Assembly (NCBI GenBank): GCA_001643675.2
Contig: LSRY02000007.1
Location: 1,550,001-1,614,000, forward strand
Length of the DNA: 64,000 nucleotides
Source: Monocercomonoides exilis PA203
Taxonomy: Eukaryota > Protista > Preaxostyla
Direction: 5' to 3'
The notes under the pieces are model-generated. The model was not told the DNA's origin and did no database searches. It saw nothing but the letters and a program-made list of their open reading frames with translations. Made by a program: the position numbers and the translations under genes. Shown here piece after piece: positions 1 through 11,885 of the stretch (position 1 is the stretch's first letter; every line of letters begins with the position of its first letter).

Positions 1-3000
1 ATAACCCCTTCCAGAAATGTGTTTCCTGCCAAACGGATTGTTGTGTGCAATTCAATAACAAACTTGAATGCATATTCCACATCTCTGCACGGCATTTCCT
101 CGTGCCCACATCCATTGTTGTTCTGGAACAACCCATTCACAAAAACAATCTCTTCTCCTGCTGGAAACAGCATCACCAATATCGATGAACTGATGACTGC
201 TCCTGAAGTGTCATCATACACCCAGAACCGTTCTTTCTCGTCAGATTCTTTAACTGTCTCTTCCCACAGCTCCAGACGCAGCATCTTTCGTGGCTGGGGG
301 CACACAACATACACATCTTTCCCGATTTCTGCCCTGTTGTCCACAAACTCGTTCTGCTTCATGCTGTACTCCACGCTCACAGCACAAAACTTCAGATACA
401 ACCCTCCTCCAAAGCTCTCTTCTCCAGACACCCCATTCCCTTCAAAACAGTTGTCTTCAACATTCAGTGTTCCTCCCGCTTTCACCTCCACGCATCCGCA
501 CCCTCCTCTCCCGTTGTTTTCCAAACAGCTCACGTTGTTGAATGTGTTCCCCACTATTTCACATTTCTCTCCTTCTCCCACTTCCCCAACAAATGCTCCT
601 CCATCCCCCGCTTGCCTGCTGATATTCCACACATTCACACACCTCATTTCAACTGCCCCACACTCCACAAATCTGATCATTGCGCAATCAGAAAGAGTTG
701 ACATATTCATCCAAGTGTTGCTCACTTTGAATGATGAGCACCTTCCTCCACTCAACACCCCTTCAGACCCAATAGCTGACACATTCTCCAGATTCGCTTC
801 ACTCAGCTCCATTTTTGAACCGATGCCGCTTGCTTCCACCAACCCATGACCATCCACACAAACTCCTTTCACAGAAAAGCCCTTCATTGTCAGCTCTCCC
901 CCTTGCACACTCACAAACGAATAGTTCATCTCTCCTGATTCGCTCTTCACAGAGCACTCCTTCAGCTTCAAAGAACATTCTGTGCACTTCAGAAAACATT
1001 TTCTGTGAGATGCAAACGACTGCGGCACACAGAACCAAATACACTCAAAACTCGTGTTTTTCTTTGTCTCAATCATGCTGTCTGAGTCTCCTTCCCCACT
1101 CTCAATCACTGCTCGATCCCTTTCATCTCCCTGCACCTTTATCGTCATTTCTTGTGCATCAAGCACCAGAGGATTATCGAACACAAAATCTCGAAGAAGC
1201 ACAATCTCAACATTTGCATCACCAGCTCGCCGTGTGGCTGCATATTTTATTCCCTCACACGGATAATCTTCGAACCCACACAACCGGTAGTTGCATCCCT
1301 TCTTCCCCACATACACTCCTCCGATGCTTTGACGGAAAAATACCGCCAGTGGAATCAGCATCTCATTTTCTCCATTTTCCATCCCCATCATATCTTCCAG
1401 AATCGGCCTCTCTTCAACAGCCTTCGGAAAGTCAAAATTCAGCGAGTTGACATTCACCACATCTGACAGATTCCCACACATCACAAACATGTTGTTTCCT
1501 CCATTTTCTGCCTCGTTCGCATTCTCTTCCTTTCCAAACTGCACATCTTTCAATGCAAAATCCCTCCCTCCATCAATGCATTTCACAACCATCCCTCCAC
1601 CCACTCCACTCAATAATTCTGATGCATCAGACACGTCACCATTCAGCGCCCTGCATTTTTCTGCAAGTCTTTCTTCACCACTTCCTCCAATTCGAAGAAC
1701 TGCTGTTCTTGACAGCTCCACAAAACATCCTCCCCCGCTCCCTCCATGAACAGAACAGTTTTCCCAGCGAACTCCATTCAGCACAAGCTCCATCCCATCA
1801 TCCAACTTCCCAAACAGCCCACATCCACTCACTCCACTTCTCGTCAAGTTGCAGAACGAGCAGTTTCTCATATGCATGCTCTTCCCCATATTGTCGAACA
1901 ACAATGTCTTGCAAAAATCATCTGCAGCCCCTTCCTCCACAACGGTTGTGTTCTCCACATTCAAGGCTCCTCTCGATGAATATGATATCGTTCCTTCTGA
2001 TGTTCCTGATCCCTTCACATTCGTCATTGTGCACCCCACGATCTCACAGACACCTTCCTCTGATATCCACACTGCTGAACCAGAATTGAACGTGATATCT
2101 CTCATGCTCACACCCCACAAAGTGAGAGTTCCGCCTGTGCACATAAACAACGAGTATGCTGCTGAAAGCGACAACCGAATACTCAAACTGCACGAATCCA
2201 CCCTCAAACTCCCTTCTCGTGTGAACATCAAAGACAGTCTTCCATCCAGCCCAGAAGGCACAACAATCTTCACCCCTTTGATCAAGCATGTGCTGCTTGT
2301 CTCAATCATTCCATCTTGCTTTTTATCTGCATTCTCTCGAACGTCTATCTGCGAGTTGACTGTTGTTCCGTTGAATTCAAATGCGCCTTGAGACAGATTC
2401 GCCTCAGAACTCAGTGAAACAGCACTCGTGATCGTTGAGCTCAACCCGTCGGTGTTTGCCCATCGCGTTATGACAAAGTCTATCGTGGCACAGCCATATC
2501 CTTCGTATCCACATCGGTCAAAGTCCTTTTTGTTATCTCCCCCAACAATCACTGGAAGAGGTGCTCCCCTCAGATACAAAACCAAGGGGATGGCATATGT
2601 GTCGTCTCCTCCTTCATATCCCACAAGCTCATCTTCATTCGTGGTGTCTCTGCAGAACTCAAAAGTGGAATTCGTCACTGATGTTGTGAAGTTCGGTGCT
2701 CTCAAAAACACATTGTGACCATGTAAATCTGCATGGCATTCAGCAAACTCCAGAGCCTTCAGCACAAAATCCACTCCACTGTTCTTCACCTCAGCAAATA
2801 TTCCGCCGCCTAACCCCCCACTCCCAGATGAGTACCGTGCTTCGCTCTTGCTCACCTGCACCAGCGAGCTCTTTCCAACATGAACAATTCCACCGCTCTC
2901 CATCGATAGCCACATCGCTCCGCCGTTGCCTTTTGTGCATTTCCCACTCACATTTCCGCCTTCCACATCCACCTCACACCCGGCTCCCACAATTCCATGA

Positions 3001-6000
3001 ATAAAACACCCATCTCCTGTTTCAACTTCCAATCCACTCGTGTTTGTCTCATTCACAAGAACACTTTTGGCTCTGAAAGCAACAATCGCTGGCTGTGTGC
3101 TTCCACGTTCACTCTCAAATCTGCTTGTGCTAATTTTTGCAATCGATCCGTTGCTGATCTCAATCAGTCCATGCTCCCCTGTGCAAACAACATCTGTGAA
3201 AACTGCTTGAATCATCGATATTTCAGAATTTGAGCCATCACAAGCCAGAAATGGCTGAGCCGAGAAACTCAGTTTCACCACTCCAACATTGCTCAGAAGC
3301 GTCTTGCCATCCTTCACACAAACAAAACAGAACGGGATGATCTGCTCATTTGAACATCCTTTCACAGAAGAAGATGTGATTTCCAATGAGCTTCCCTCTC
3401 CTTCTTCAACAACAAACACACTTGTCTGCTGCTGCTTCAGGCTCTGCTCCAGAACAAACGCCACCAAGGTGATCTTCACACTGCTCCGAATCTCCACCAT
3501 CTCATACAGGCGGCTATCGTTTCCAACCATCTTCACCTCCGACTTCCCTTCCACTCCGCTCATGATATACCCTTTTTGTCTATCCAGCCTGAAACACTCT
3601 CCCCATGTGTAGCTTTTGTTGAACTGTATCGAGTTGCTGCTGCTTTCTTGCCCAAACCCATAATCCAGCGAACGGCACGGATACTTCACAAATCCACAAG
3701 CACTCACATCAAATCCTCCATCCCCAACACTCACTCTCGCTTCTCGTTGTTGAAGATAGAATACAAGTGGGATTGCAATGTTCGGAGTTGCTCCATCTTC
3801 GCCTTCGATGTCTTTCTCCCCAAAGTAGTTTGGATAGAATGGAAGATGCTCCTGAATCACACTTGTCTTCAGGCTTGGCGATGCAATGAACAGATGGCTA
3901 CCCCAGGTGGCGATGTTCCCCTCAAACTGCGGATTCACAATCTCAAAGTCATCCTCTGCATTCTCCAGCTGCAAAAATATCCCTCCTCCTTTGCTCTTTC
4001 CCGCACTTCCATCCGGATCAATGCATTGTGCAACACAGTTCATCACTTTCATCACTTTGTTTCCTGAGCTGACGTGTAAGTGGCTTCCTCCTGCTGTTTT
4101 CACCCACAGCGCTCCACCGTTTCCATTCATGCATTTGCACTCGCTGATCGTGGTATTCCACAAATCACATGTCTCCCCACTCTGAAGTGTTCTCTCAATA
4201 ACTGCCCCATTTCCTTCCATTCGATGAATCCTTGTGATGCTTCCGTTTCTCACATCAACGTTTCCTTCCTTCTCCCAAGCAAACAGGCTGCACGTCCCCA
4301 AGCACACACCCTCAATGGAACAGCCTTCAAGAATTATCTCTCCCATTTCTGCAACAAAAAACGGCTTGGCAAACGAAGCATCCATTGAATCTGCACAGAT
4401 TGAACACACCTTCAGATCAATCAGCCCATAAAACCCTTCAACAATGAACAACGACCCATCACGAGATTTCCCTGAAGCATGAACAATCGTCCACCTGTCC
4501 AGCTCCAGACTTCCACTTCCAACACTGAATAGACACCCACTTCCAACATTCGATGACACTGTGACATCTGTCACTGCATTGTCTTTTTCAAATTGGATTT
4601 CAAGCCCAAATACACTGATATTGCTCTCCACTAATTCTGAACTGCACACCACAATCCCTGTATGTTTGTGGCTCACCCACTGTGTCAAAGCAAATCCAAT
4701 GGTCTTGCATCTGTTGATGCTTGCTCCACATCCCAAGATATCATTTCCACCAGTTGAATCTATTTGAAGAGGATTGTATATTTCTGGAACATCTGGTAGC
4801 CACCCTTGCTTTAGTTCTCCACAATATACCCTACCTGTTGACTCTGATGTCGAATAGGAACAAACAATCCATTCTTTTGCTGCTCTTTCTGTACCATTGC
4901 CTTCAATGTAAATGTCATGCCCTTTCTTGTTGAATGAAGTGTTATTCATGAAAAAACAAAACAAAAATGAACATATTGTGTTTCCAATCGTTACAATGTT
5001 TACTGCTCCTGCATATGCTGTGCAAGCTTTTGATTCTTTTAACAAGCAATTAGCAAAATGATTTTTCACTCCATTATAAATGTGCAAACAACCGCTCCTT
5101 GAATCTGCTCTATTCTTTTCAAATGCACAGTCAATTACATCCAATTTTGAGTGTTTCTCAACGTTTAAGGCTCCACAAATGGAAGAAGAGTTGCAATTTC
5201 TAAAATCGCATTTTTTCAAAAATGGATTTGCCATATTAATAATCGAGAATGCTCCACCATGAGGCTCTTTTGGAGGACAATTGCACCAGCAGCTTTCAAA
5301 AGTTGTGTTGATAGTGATAATATTTCCCGAGCCAGCACAATAAACAGCTCCTCCTCGTGGGTATGCCTCGCCAGTGTAAGTGATTGAGCAATTCTCAAAC
5401 AAACAACCCACGAGAGTCAGTGATGCGCTTCCTTTAATACAAATCGCACTTCCGTTGCGTATGGATGATATGCAATTAATGAATGAGCAGCTCTCATATT
5501 CAATCATTCCGTTGTCGAATGTGTCGAGAGAACTCGAGAATGTCTTGTCTCTAATCGGATCATGCGATTTCTCGAATGATGTGTTCGTTGCACAAAACTC
5601 AATCATGCTCTTTGCTTTTTCAACATTATTGCAAAACACATTGTCGCATTCATTTATTTCGCAATTTGAAATGAAGGACTTCTGAAAGCACACATTTTCT
5701 TTACTGACGCCTGTTTCTTTGTGTGCTACATATGAAGTGATGTTGAAAAATGCAACATTGTCAATTGCGGTAAACAGCATTGTTGATGATCCCAGCACAG
5801 ATAAAAAAGGCATCATCGTCATTGAAGAAAACAACGAATCTTCCAAAAACACTTTTTCTCTCATATTCAGGTGGTTCACATTGCCATTCCAAGTGACAAA
5901 TGAAGTCACTTCTGTGTTTTCGTATTTCATTAGCAGTGTGATGTTTCGGATTTTAATATCGCATTCATTCATTCGAAAAAGTGTATTGAATGATCTTCTT

Positions 6001-6392
6001 TCAAAAACAGCCTTTGAATCTTCAATTTGGAGCGACGAATCCGAAGCAGATACACAGAAAGCATGCTTCTCACCCCTGAAGAGCATTAACCTTCTTTCTC
6101 GAAGCGTTGAATTTTCCACTCTGAAATGCGTTGATATTGAGGTTTGTTCGAATAATGCATTTCTTTTCTCAAATAAGTCAGGAAAAGCGATGCTTCTTCG
6201 AATATTTTCCTCACAAATGTTTTCTTTAAGTAAAATCGAAATTTTATTGGAACGAACATTGCTGATGTCGCTGATATCTTCTTTTTCAATAATCATATCT
6301 TTGTTGTTCAATCCCATCTTGATTTGAAGTGAAAACGATGTTACCAATATGAAAAGTGTCAATTGGATAAGTGGCATCCTTCTGCGAAACAT
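1..6392 (-). CDS. Giant intronless Pmp-like / beta-helix surface protein (>2130 aa, 3' end runs off the window)
   Basis: Hand translation from ATG 6392 gives MFRRMPLIQLTLFILVTSFSLQ (signal-like), GSAICI/GGAVYC/GGAFS motifs and five CG-x5-C motifs (~4730, 3695, 2510, 1280, 110). It is probably absent from the ORF track because it has no stop in the window. A chain of + strand shadow ORFs from 19 to 6327 keeps one phase, consistent with no frameshift. Confidence 0.85.
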   Translation of the reverse strand, partial: MFRRRMPLIQLTLFILVTSFSLQIKMGLNNKDMIIEKEDISDISNVRSNKISILLKENICEENIRRSIAFPDLFEKRNALFEQTSISTHFRVENSTLRERRLMLFRGEKHAFCVSASDSSLQIEDSKAVFERRSFNTLFRMNECDIKIRNITLLMKYENTEVTSFVTWNGNVNHLNMREKVFLEDSLFSSMTMMPFLSVLGSSTMLFTAIDNVAFFNITSYVAHKETGVSKENVCFQKSFISNCEINECDNVFCNNVEKAKSMIEFCATNTSFEKSHDPIRDKTFSSSLDTFDNGMIEYESCSFINCISSIRNGSAICIKGSASLTLVGCLFENCSITYTGEAYPRGGAVYCAGSGNIITINTTFESCWCNCPPKEPHGGAFSIINMANPFLKKCDFRNCNSSSICGALNVEKHSKLDVIDCAFEKNRADSRSGCLHIYNGVKNHFANCLLKESKACTAYAGAVNIVTIGNTICSFLFCFFMNNTSFNKKGHDIYIEGNGTERAAKEWIVCSYSTSESTGRVYCGELKQGWLPDVPEIYNPLQIDSTGGNDILGCGASINRCKTIGFALTQWVSHKHTGIVVCSSELVESNISVFGLEIQFEKDNAVTDVTVSSNVGSGCLFSVGSGSLELDRWTIVHASGKSRDGSLFIVEGFYGLIDLKVCSICADSMDASFAKPFFVAEMGEIILEGCSIEGVCLGTCSLFAWEKEGNVDVRNGSITRIHRMEGNGAVIERTLQSGETCDLWNTTISECKCMNGNGGALWVKTAGGSHLHVSSGNKVMKVMNCVAQCIDPDGSAGKSKGGGIFLQLENAEDDFEIVNPQFEGNIATWGSHLFIASPSLKTSVIQEHLPFYPNYFGEKDIEGEDGATPNIAIPLVFYLQQREARVSVGDGGFDVSACGFVKYPCRSLDYGFGQESSSNSIQFNKSYTWGECFRLDRQKGYIMSGVEGKSEVKMVGNDSRLYEMVEIRSSVKITLVAFVLEQSLKQQQTSVFVVEEGEGSSLEITSSSVKGCSNEQIIPFCFVCVKDGKTLLSNVGVVKLSFSAQPFLACDGSNSEISMIQAVFTDVVCTGEHGLIEISNGSIAKISTSRFESERGSTQPAIVAFRAKSVLVNETNTSGLEVETGDGCFIHGIVGAGCEVDVEGGNVSGKCTKGNGGAMWLSMESGGIVHVGKSSLVQVSKSEARYSSGSGGLGGGIFAEVKNSGVDFVLKALEFAECHADLHGHNVFLRAPNFTTSVTNSTFEFCRDTTNEDELVGYEGGDDTYAIPLVLYLRGAPLPVIVGGDNKKDFDRCGYEGYGCATIDFVITRWANTDGLSSTITSAVSLSSEANLSQGAFEFNGTTVNSQIDVRENADKKQDGMIETSSTCLIKGVKIVVPSGLDGRLSLMFTREGSLRVDSCSLSIRLSLSAAYSLFMCTGGTLTLWGVSMRDITFNSGSAVWISEEGVCEIVGCTMTNVKGSGTSEGTISYSSRGALNVENTTVVEEGAADDFCKTLLFDNMGKSMHMRNCSFCNLTRSGVSGCGLFGKLDDGMELVLNGVRWENCSVHGGSGGGCFVELSRTAVLRIGGSGEERLAEKCRALNGDVSDASELLSGVGGGMVVKCIDGGRDFALKDVQFGKEENANEAENGGNNMFVMCGNLSDVVNVNSLNFDFPKAVEERPILEDMMGMENGENEMLIPLAVFFRQSIGGVYVGKKGCNYRLCGFEDYPCEGIKYAATRRAGDANVEIVLLRDFVFDNPLVLDAQEMTIKVQGDERDRAVIESGEGDSDSMIETKKNTSFECIWFCVPQSFASHRKCFLKCTECSLKLKECSVKSESGEMNYSFVSVQGGELTMKGFSVKGVCVDGHGLVEASGIGSKMELSEANLENVSAIGSEGVLSGGRCSSFKVSNTWMNMSTLSDCAMIRFVECGAVEMRCVNVWNISRQAGDGGAFVGEVGEGEKCEIVGNTFNNVSCLENNGRGGCGCVEVKAGGTLNVEDNCFEGNGVSGEESFGGGLYLKFCAVSVEYSMKQNEFVDNRAEIGKDVYVVCPQPRKMLRLELWEETVKESDEKERFWVYDDTSGAVISSSILVMLFPAGEEIVFVNGLFQNNNGCGHEEMPCRDVEYAFKFVIELHTTIRLAGNTFLEGV

Positions 6393-7363
6393 TAAAGCTT
6401 GTCCAACTTGAAAAACAGAGAAAAGAATATTCAATAAATTTAACTATTAAAATAAGGGTCATCTGGAATTTTTATTGATCTTGATTTTATTTTTGATAAA
6501 AAAAAAAAAAATAAATAAATAGAACTTTATTATTTCATGAAGAAAAGTGATGAATAATAGTCGCTGTGCATTTTTCAATGTCATTGACTTCTTTTTAAAA
6601 AAAGAGAGTGATTTTAGGCGAGGAGAAAAAAAACTTCCAGTTCAAAATGCTTTTTAATGTTTCAATGTTCGCAATAAAAATAAGAAATAAGAACATTTGG
6701 TATATTTTGACGAGAAATTTTTGTTTAATTCTGAAAAAAAAATTGGAAACCCATTTTTGAAGCTTTTTTTTATAAAAATAAAACCCAAACAAGTGATTTG
6801 GCTTCGTTTTTTAATAAATATTATGCCCTTATTCATTTGTTATCAATGCATTTATACCAATTACGTCTCAAAAACCTATAAGAAATTATGACAGATAAAA
6901 TTTATTGGGTTTTTAATAAATTTTTATGAAAAGACGTTATTCTCCGCTTAATTATGAGTTTCAAAAGAATATTTCTATTGAACATATTCGTTGGTATTCA
7001 AATGGTCCAGTTTATTTTTTGACAAAATTCTTTTTTTGTGTTTTTTATTTGAAATGTGCATTTTGTTCCCATTCACCTATTTCAATGGGAAAATAAAAAA
7101 TAAAGAAAAAATTATCATCAACAAAAAGAAAACAAACAATGTTGTTTTTCATAAAGTTATTTTCAATGATTGAACAAATTTTTGAAGAGGAAATAGATCA
7201 CTCTTTTGAGCCTGGTTTAATTTACGATTTGATGAAATCACAAAGATTGCACAAAAGAAAGTTCGATAATTAGTATTTAAACTGTTCCTTTAATATTTTT
7301 TGAATTGTTTTCAAAGTCAATTGAAATAAAAACATGCAAATGATGTGAATAATTGAAGTGACT

Positions 7364-10300
7364 TTACTTGAAAAGAGGAAGCAAATCTTCCTGTCTTTCT
7401 TCATCGAGCATGTTCCACATTTTTGCTAAGTATTCAGCAGGGAAGCATTTTGTAAGCGATCGAAGAAACTCTTGCAGCTTTTCATCTGCTTCTTTTGAAA
7501 CAAGAGGAGATGAAACGATCTGAACGAGCACTGAAAGCAAGCGCCGGAGCTCTTGTGCAACCAAATCGTCTGCCCTATCAACCGGACTTCCGTCTCTAAG
7601 AACCGCCAAGCAACGCTGAGCAACATCAGGCGTCTTTCCAAACACAGCAGTGTCGCTTGCTTGGAGCATCCGCAAAAGCTGGTCGTGGCACCACACAGCT
7701 TCATCGACATCGGTGCTGAGAGGAAGGCATTCGTACCACAGGCGCTTCAGCTGGAAGACTTGCGCTGCATCAAGAACAGAGCTCTGCTGACGCATGAAAT
7801 ACTGCAGAACGCGCATCAATACAGCAACCGCATTGTCATAAGCCTCCAGCTGGCTTTCTTCCATGGAGTTAACATTCACCTTTATCCAATGCTTGGCATA
7901 CTCCAAGGCCTGTTGCAGCACAGGTGCAGACGATGCATTGTTCGCATCTGCAATCCGTCCTAATGCGGTCAAAGCTGCAATACGTGTGTCCGTTTCCTCG
8001 ACTGCGATTGAGTGGGACGGGTCTGCGTAGTAGAGGAAGTACGGCGCGAATGTTGATATCGATTCCTGTCCCTTATTACCCCCATCCTTAATGCATGCAG
8101 TCATCATATACAATGCAAGTGCCCTATCAGCATCATCGTTGAATGGAAGTGGGTTCTCTGGTGTTGGTGTAGCTGCCATCTCAGTGATGATTGGCAGCAA
8201 AAGAAGAAACCCGTCACAGAACGCATCGCCATATGTGCGGAAGAGCAAAGTGACGAAGGACAAAACAGAGCCAGACATGCTATTTGTGGACTCGTATTCA
8301 TCAACATCATCCAGCTCATCCACTCCAACAACATCATCTGCATCGTCTTGAGTTCCTGCTTCTGCATGTTCCACAACTCCAAGGCTTTTCATAAGAAGCT
8401 TCTTGTGATAGCGTATCCGAAGAAGCAGCTCCTTCATTCCTTTCGTCAATCCAAGCACATCCAAATGTCCGCTAGCACTTTGTGGAAGCGGAAGAGCTGC
8501 CCATGGCGAAGGCGACGGAGGAGCTCCAGCCATCTGAGCCCAAGGCGACATGCATTTGCTCCACTCCGGAGCAGGAGTGGGCGTAAGAAGAGGGGAGACG
8601 CTCTCCAGCGCAAAGATTAAGCTGGAAGCAACACTTGTCCTAACCGCAGCCGACATGGAAACTGATGGAAGCTCTCGTGAAGAAGCTACGGGCCCTGAGG
8701 CACTTCCTGCAGAAACTTCTGGAGGTGATCGGAGCGAGTCTATCAGCAAAGGCATTGCGCAGTTAGCAAATCGAGTGAACAGAGCAACTGGATGGCAGCC
8801 ATCAGGAATTGGAGGCAGAGGTGGAAGAGGTGGGAGAGCGCTATCAGCAGCTGTTTGCGGATGACTTTGTGGGTACAACGGATGAAACACATCTTCCGCT
8901 GGATTCGCACGCGGAGACACGCAAATGATGCAGTTGGAGACGAGAGATGCAGCAGAATCGATTGAAATAGAGAGAAGTGCTGTTCTTGCCTCTTCCATCA
9001 CACTCAGCCCAGTTGTAATGCACGGCTCAACATACGGAGCGAAATAGGGACCGACCGAGCGCGCAATGATGGACAATCGCAGCAGAGCATTTTCCCTATC
9101 GCTCAGTGCGTTCTCGGCCTCTCCACGCATCTCCACAAGAGAGTCCTGCATGGAAGTTGATTTCCCCTCCATTTGGTCTCCAGGAGTCGAATCACTCGGA
9201 GCCCCGATGCTTGTGGCAGTGCTGGCTATCATGTCGATGTCAGCCTCAGTCAGAGCAGCCTTCTTTTGCGCATCTTTCAGGAGAAGCGGCACAGTCAGCG
9301 GCAGAAGAGGAGCAAAGCGTCCTCCGAGAAGCGTGGGAAGGCGCGTCCACACAGACTGGATTGAATCCAAACGCTGGTCACTTGAGAAAGCCTTTGATGC
9401 TGTTTGAGAATCTGCCGGTGAGGAAGAGGAAGAAGGAGATGAAAGCGCATTGAACATCTTCAGCACTGCTCCTGTGAACTGGGCGATCCATCTTGCAGCT
9501 ATGGTCTTGCCACAAGAGACGAGGAGAGCAGAGACGCAGTCCACCACAACTCCCTGGTATGTAATGAGATCCTCAGAGTCAGTGGGCAGCACATCCTTCT
9601 CCACAACAACCATCATTGCCTGGATCATCTGGTTGACCTGCTCTGCCTGTTGTGCACTCCACTGCTCCAGCAGCTCTTCAGCTGCATCGGCCACTTCAAC
9701 CAGCGAGCGGACAGCTTCTATGCGCTCTTTTGCCATCTGAGACATACCGACTGAGTACAGAATAGGAATGACAAGAGGCAGCAGTGGCTTCAGATGCGAC
9801 TTGGGAATGTTTGCTGCTGCCACAGCCAGCAGACGCAATGCAGACATCCTAATTGAAGGAATGGTATTCAGCACAGAGTGTTGCATGATGGACAGCACAG
9901 CAGAGACGGCTCGAATGACAAAGGGCTTTTTCTTCACGAATCGCTGAACCGGTGCAGAGAAAAGCGAGTTAAAGAGCTCGAGAATAGCCAGGCCAATTCG
10001 AGGATACGCAGCAGCCAGGCCATTCGAAGGAATAACAACAGCGTTAGATGCATCTGCAGATGAAGAAGCAGTTGCAGCAGATGAAGTTTGTGATAGTCCA
10101 CTTGAAGGTGTCAAAGAAGACGAGGAAGAAGGCGAGGATGTAGCACACAGAACAGCCAGAGTTTCGTCCAAAACTGAGCCAATCTCTTGTTTTGTCAGTT
10201 CATCCTTCACTCCTTCCAGTGACGTGGCTATTGCTCTTATTGCCATGTATTGCTCCTTTGGCTGAGCTGAATGCAACGCGGGCTGAAAAACTGCTGGAAA

Positions 10301-11885
10301 GAAAGGACGGAAATACTGCTCGGCTCTAAATGTTCCGGATATGTCGCTAAAAACCTGCAGCCCCAACGATATTGTATCATCAGGATCCTCATTCTGAAAA
10401 TAGATGGATTCAAATAAGATGAATTTAAAAAAAAGGAAAAAATGAAAAATGAAAAAAAAGTTAATTTGAATATGAATGATTTATTTTTTGTGTTTTAGGT
10501 TCAGATAAATTTTCGCAAACATCTTCGTCTTCCATCCATTGTTTGTCTTCAGCCAGCCGAGCATTCACCAGCAGACGCCATCCGATTGCAACAACCGCCG
10601 CAAGCTCCTTCGATCCGCCGAGTCTGATCTTAAACGGCCTTATGAGCGACACCAAGAAGGTTGTGGTGATTGACCGTAGCTCTTTCAAGTTCTCACGGAC
10701 AGACGCAGGAAGCACCTTCATTTCGCACCCTGGCGTCGCTGCCGCCTGGTCAGACTCTTCGATTGCGTTGCTTGAAACGGTAATAAATCCACCGAGCTTT
10801 TCGAGCCAGGAAGAAAGTGTGGCTCTGAAAAAATTGGGAACTTTGTCGGCCAAATCAATTAGCAGCTGCTGTGTTTCAATTGCACCAGAATAATCGCCTT
10901 CTGCAAGCAGACTTTCCAGACGCACAAGAACCACAGGGGCCAATTCGCTAATGTGTTTAAGTGTCTTTTTGTCTTGCTTTACTAAAAACAAAAGAACAGT
11001 AATTGCACGGATTGCATATCTGTTCATCTATTCAAAAAATGGGAAAAAAACATAGAAATTAAAGATTTTTTGGAGGAAAGAAATATTAGGTGAAAAGTAC
11101 AAAAGCAATATTGTAATATGTTATATGTTATATGAATTTTAAAAATAAAATCAAACTTTTTTGCTTTGGGTGTCCGTTAAAGCATTTCTGAAGATCTCAT
11201 ATAACTGTGGAATATATTGCAAGAAATGCTTTCCATTAAAATCAATAATTTCCGAAAAAATTAAAATTGCCCCTTCGCGTATTCTTAGTTCGGGGCTCGT
11301 TGCCCATTCTCCCAGCGCTTTTACCGTGGCTGTTTTTTCTGATTCACCAACTAAATAAAAAGTCCATTCAAAAATGAAAATCAAAAAAGAAAATTCATTC
11401 AAAATCAAATGCACAACCATCAAGCAATAAAGAAAGAAAGTTGGAATAGCAATGAGTTATATGTATGGACACGACTGGATTGAAAGACAGATTGAGAAAA
11501 GCAGAGTTTAAAGCAGAATGAAGTGCATTTCGGGTTTGCAGAGAAATTTTGTTGAAAATAGAAAATTTAGGATTTCGTGCAGCCAATTGCCTCCTGAGTT
11601 GAGACAAAATAAATTTAACAACCTATATTAATTACATAATAAATGTTTTTCATCATTTCAAAAATAATAAGGCAAACATAGTCTGGTTGTGAAGGTTCAA
11701 GAAGTGAAAGCATATACTGAACAAATAGATCTGGATTTGTTGAGGATAGATTCTCCAAAGATGCCGAAGCAGGCTTCCGAAGAGAATCATTTGGAGATAA
11801 ATTGCTTAAAAGGTATTAAAATGAGAATTAACAAAATCCATTCAAACTTTTCAACAAGAACTCTGCACTGCTCCTTTATTTCCAT
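7364..11885 (-). CDS. Importin-beta family HEAT-repeat karyopherin (importin-4/5-like), about 6 exons
   Basis: Exons join via GT-AG introns: MEIKEQCRVLVE-NLSPNDSLRKPASASLENL...; SPELRIREGAILIFSEI; acidic DKQWMEDED loop; C-terminal EAYDNAVAVL and WYECLPLSTDVDEAVWCHDQL resemble the importin-4/5 C-terminus. Confidence 0.8.

Noticed and set aside
19-6327. Many + strand ORFs (e.g. 19-849, 1849-2391, 5719-6327)
   Set aside because: They are antisense shadows of the long minus-strand gene; the main ones share one phase and have no independent motifs.
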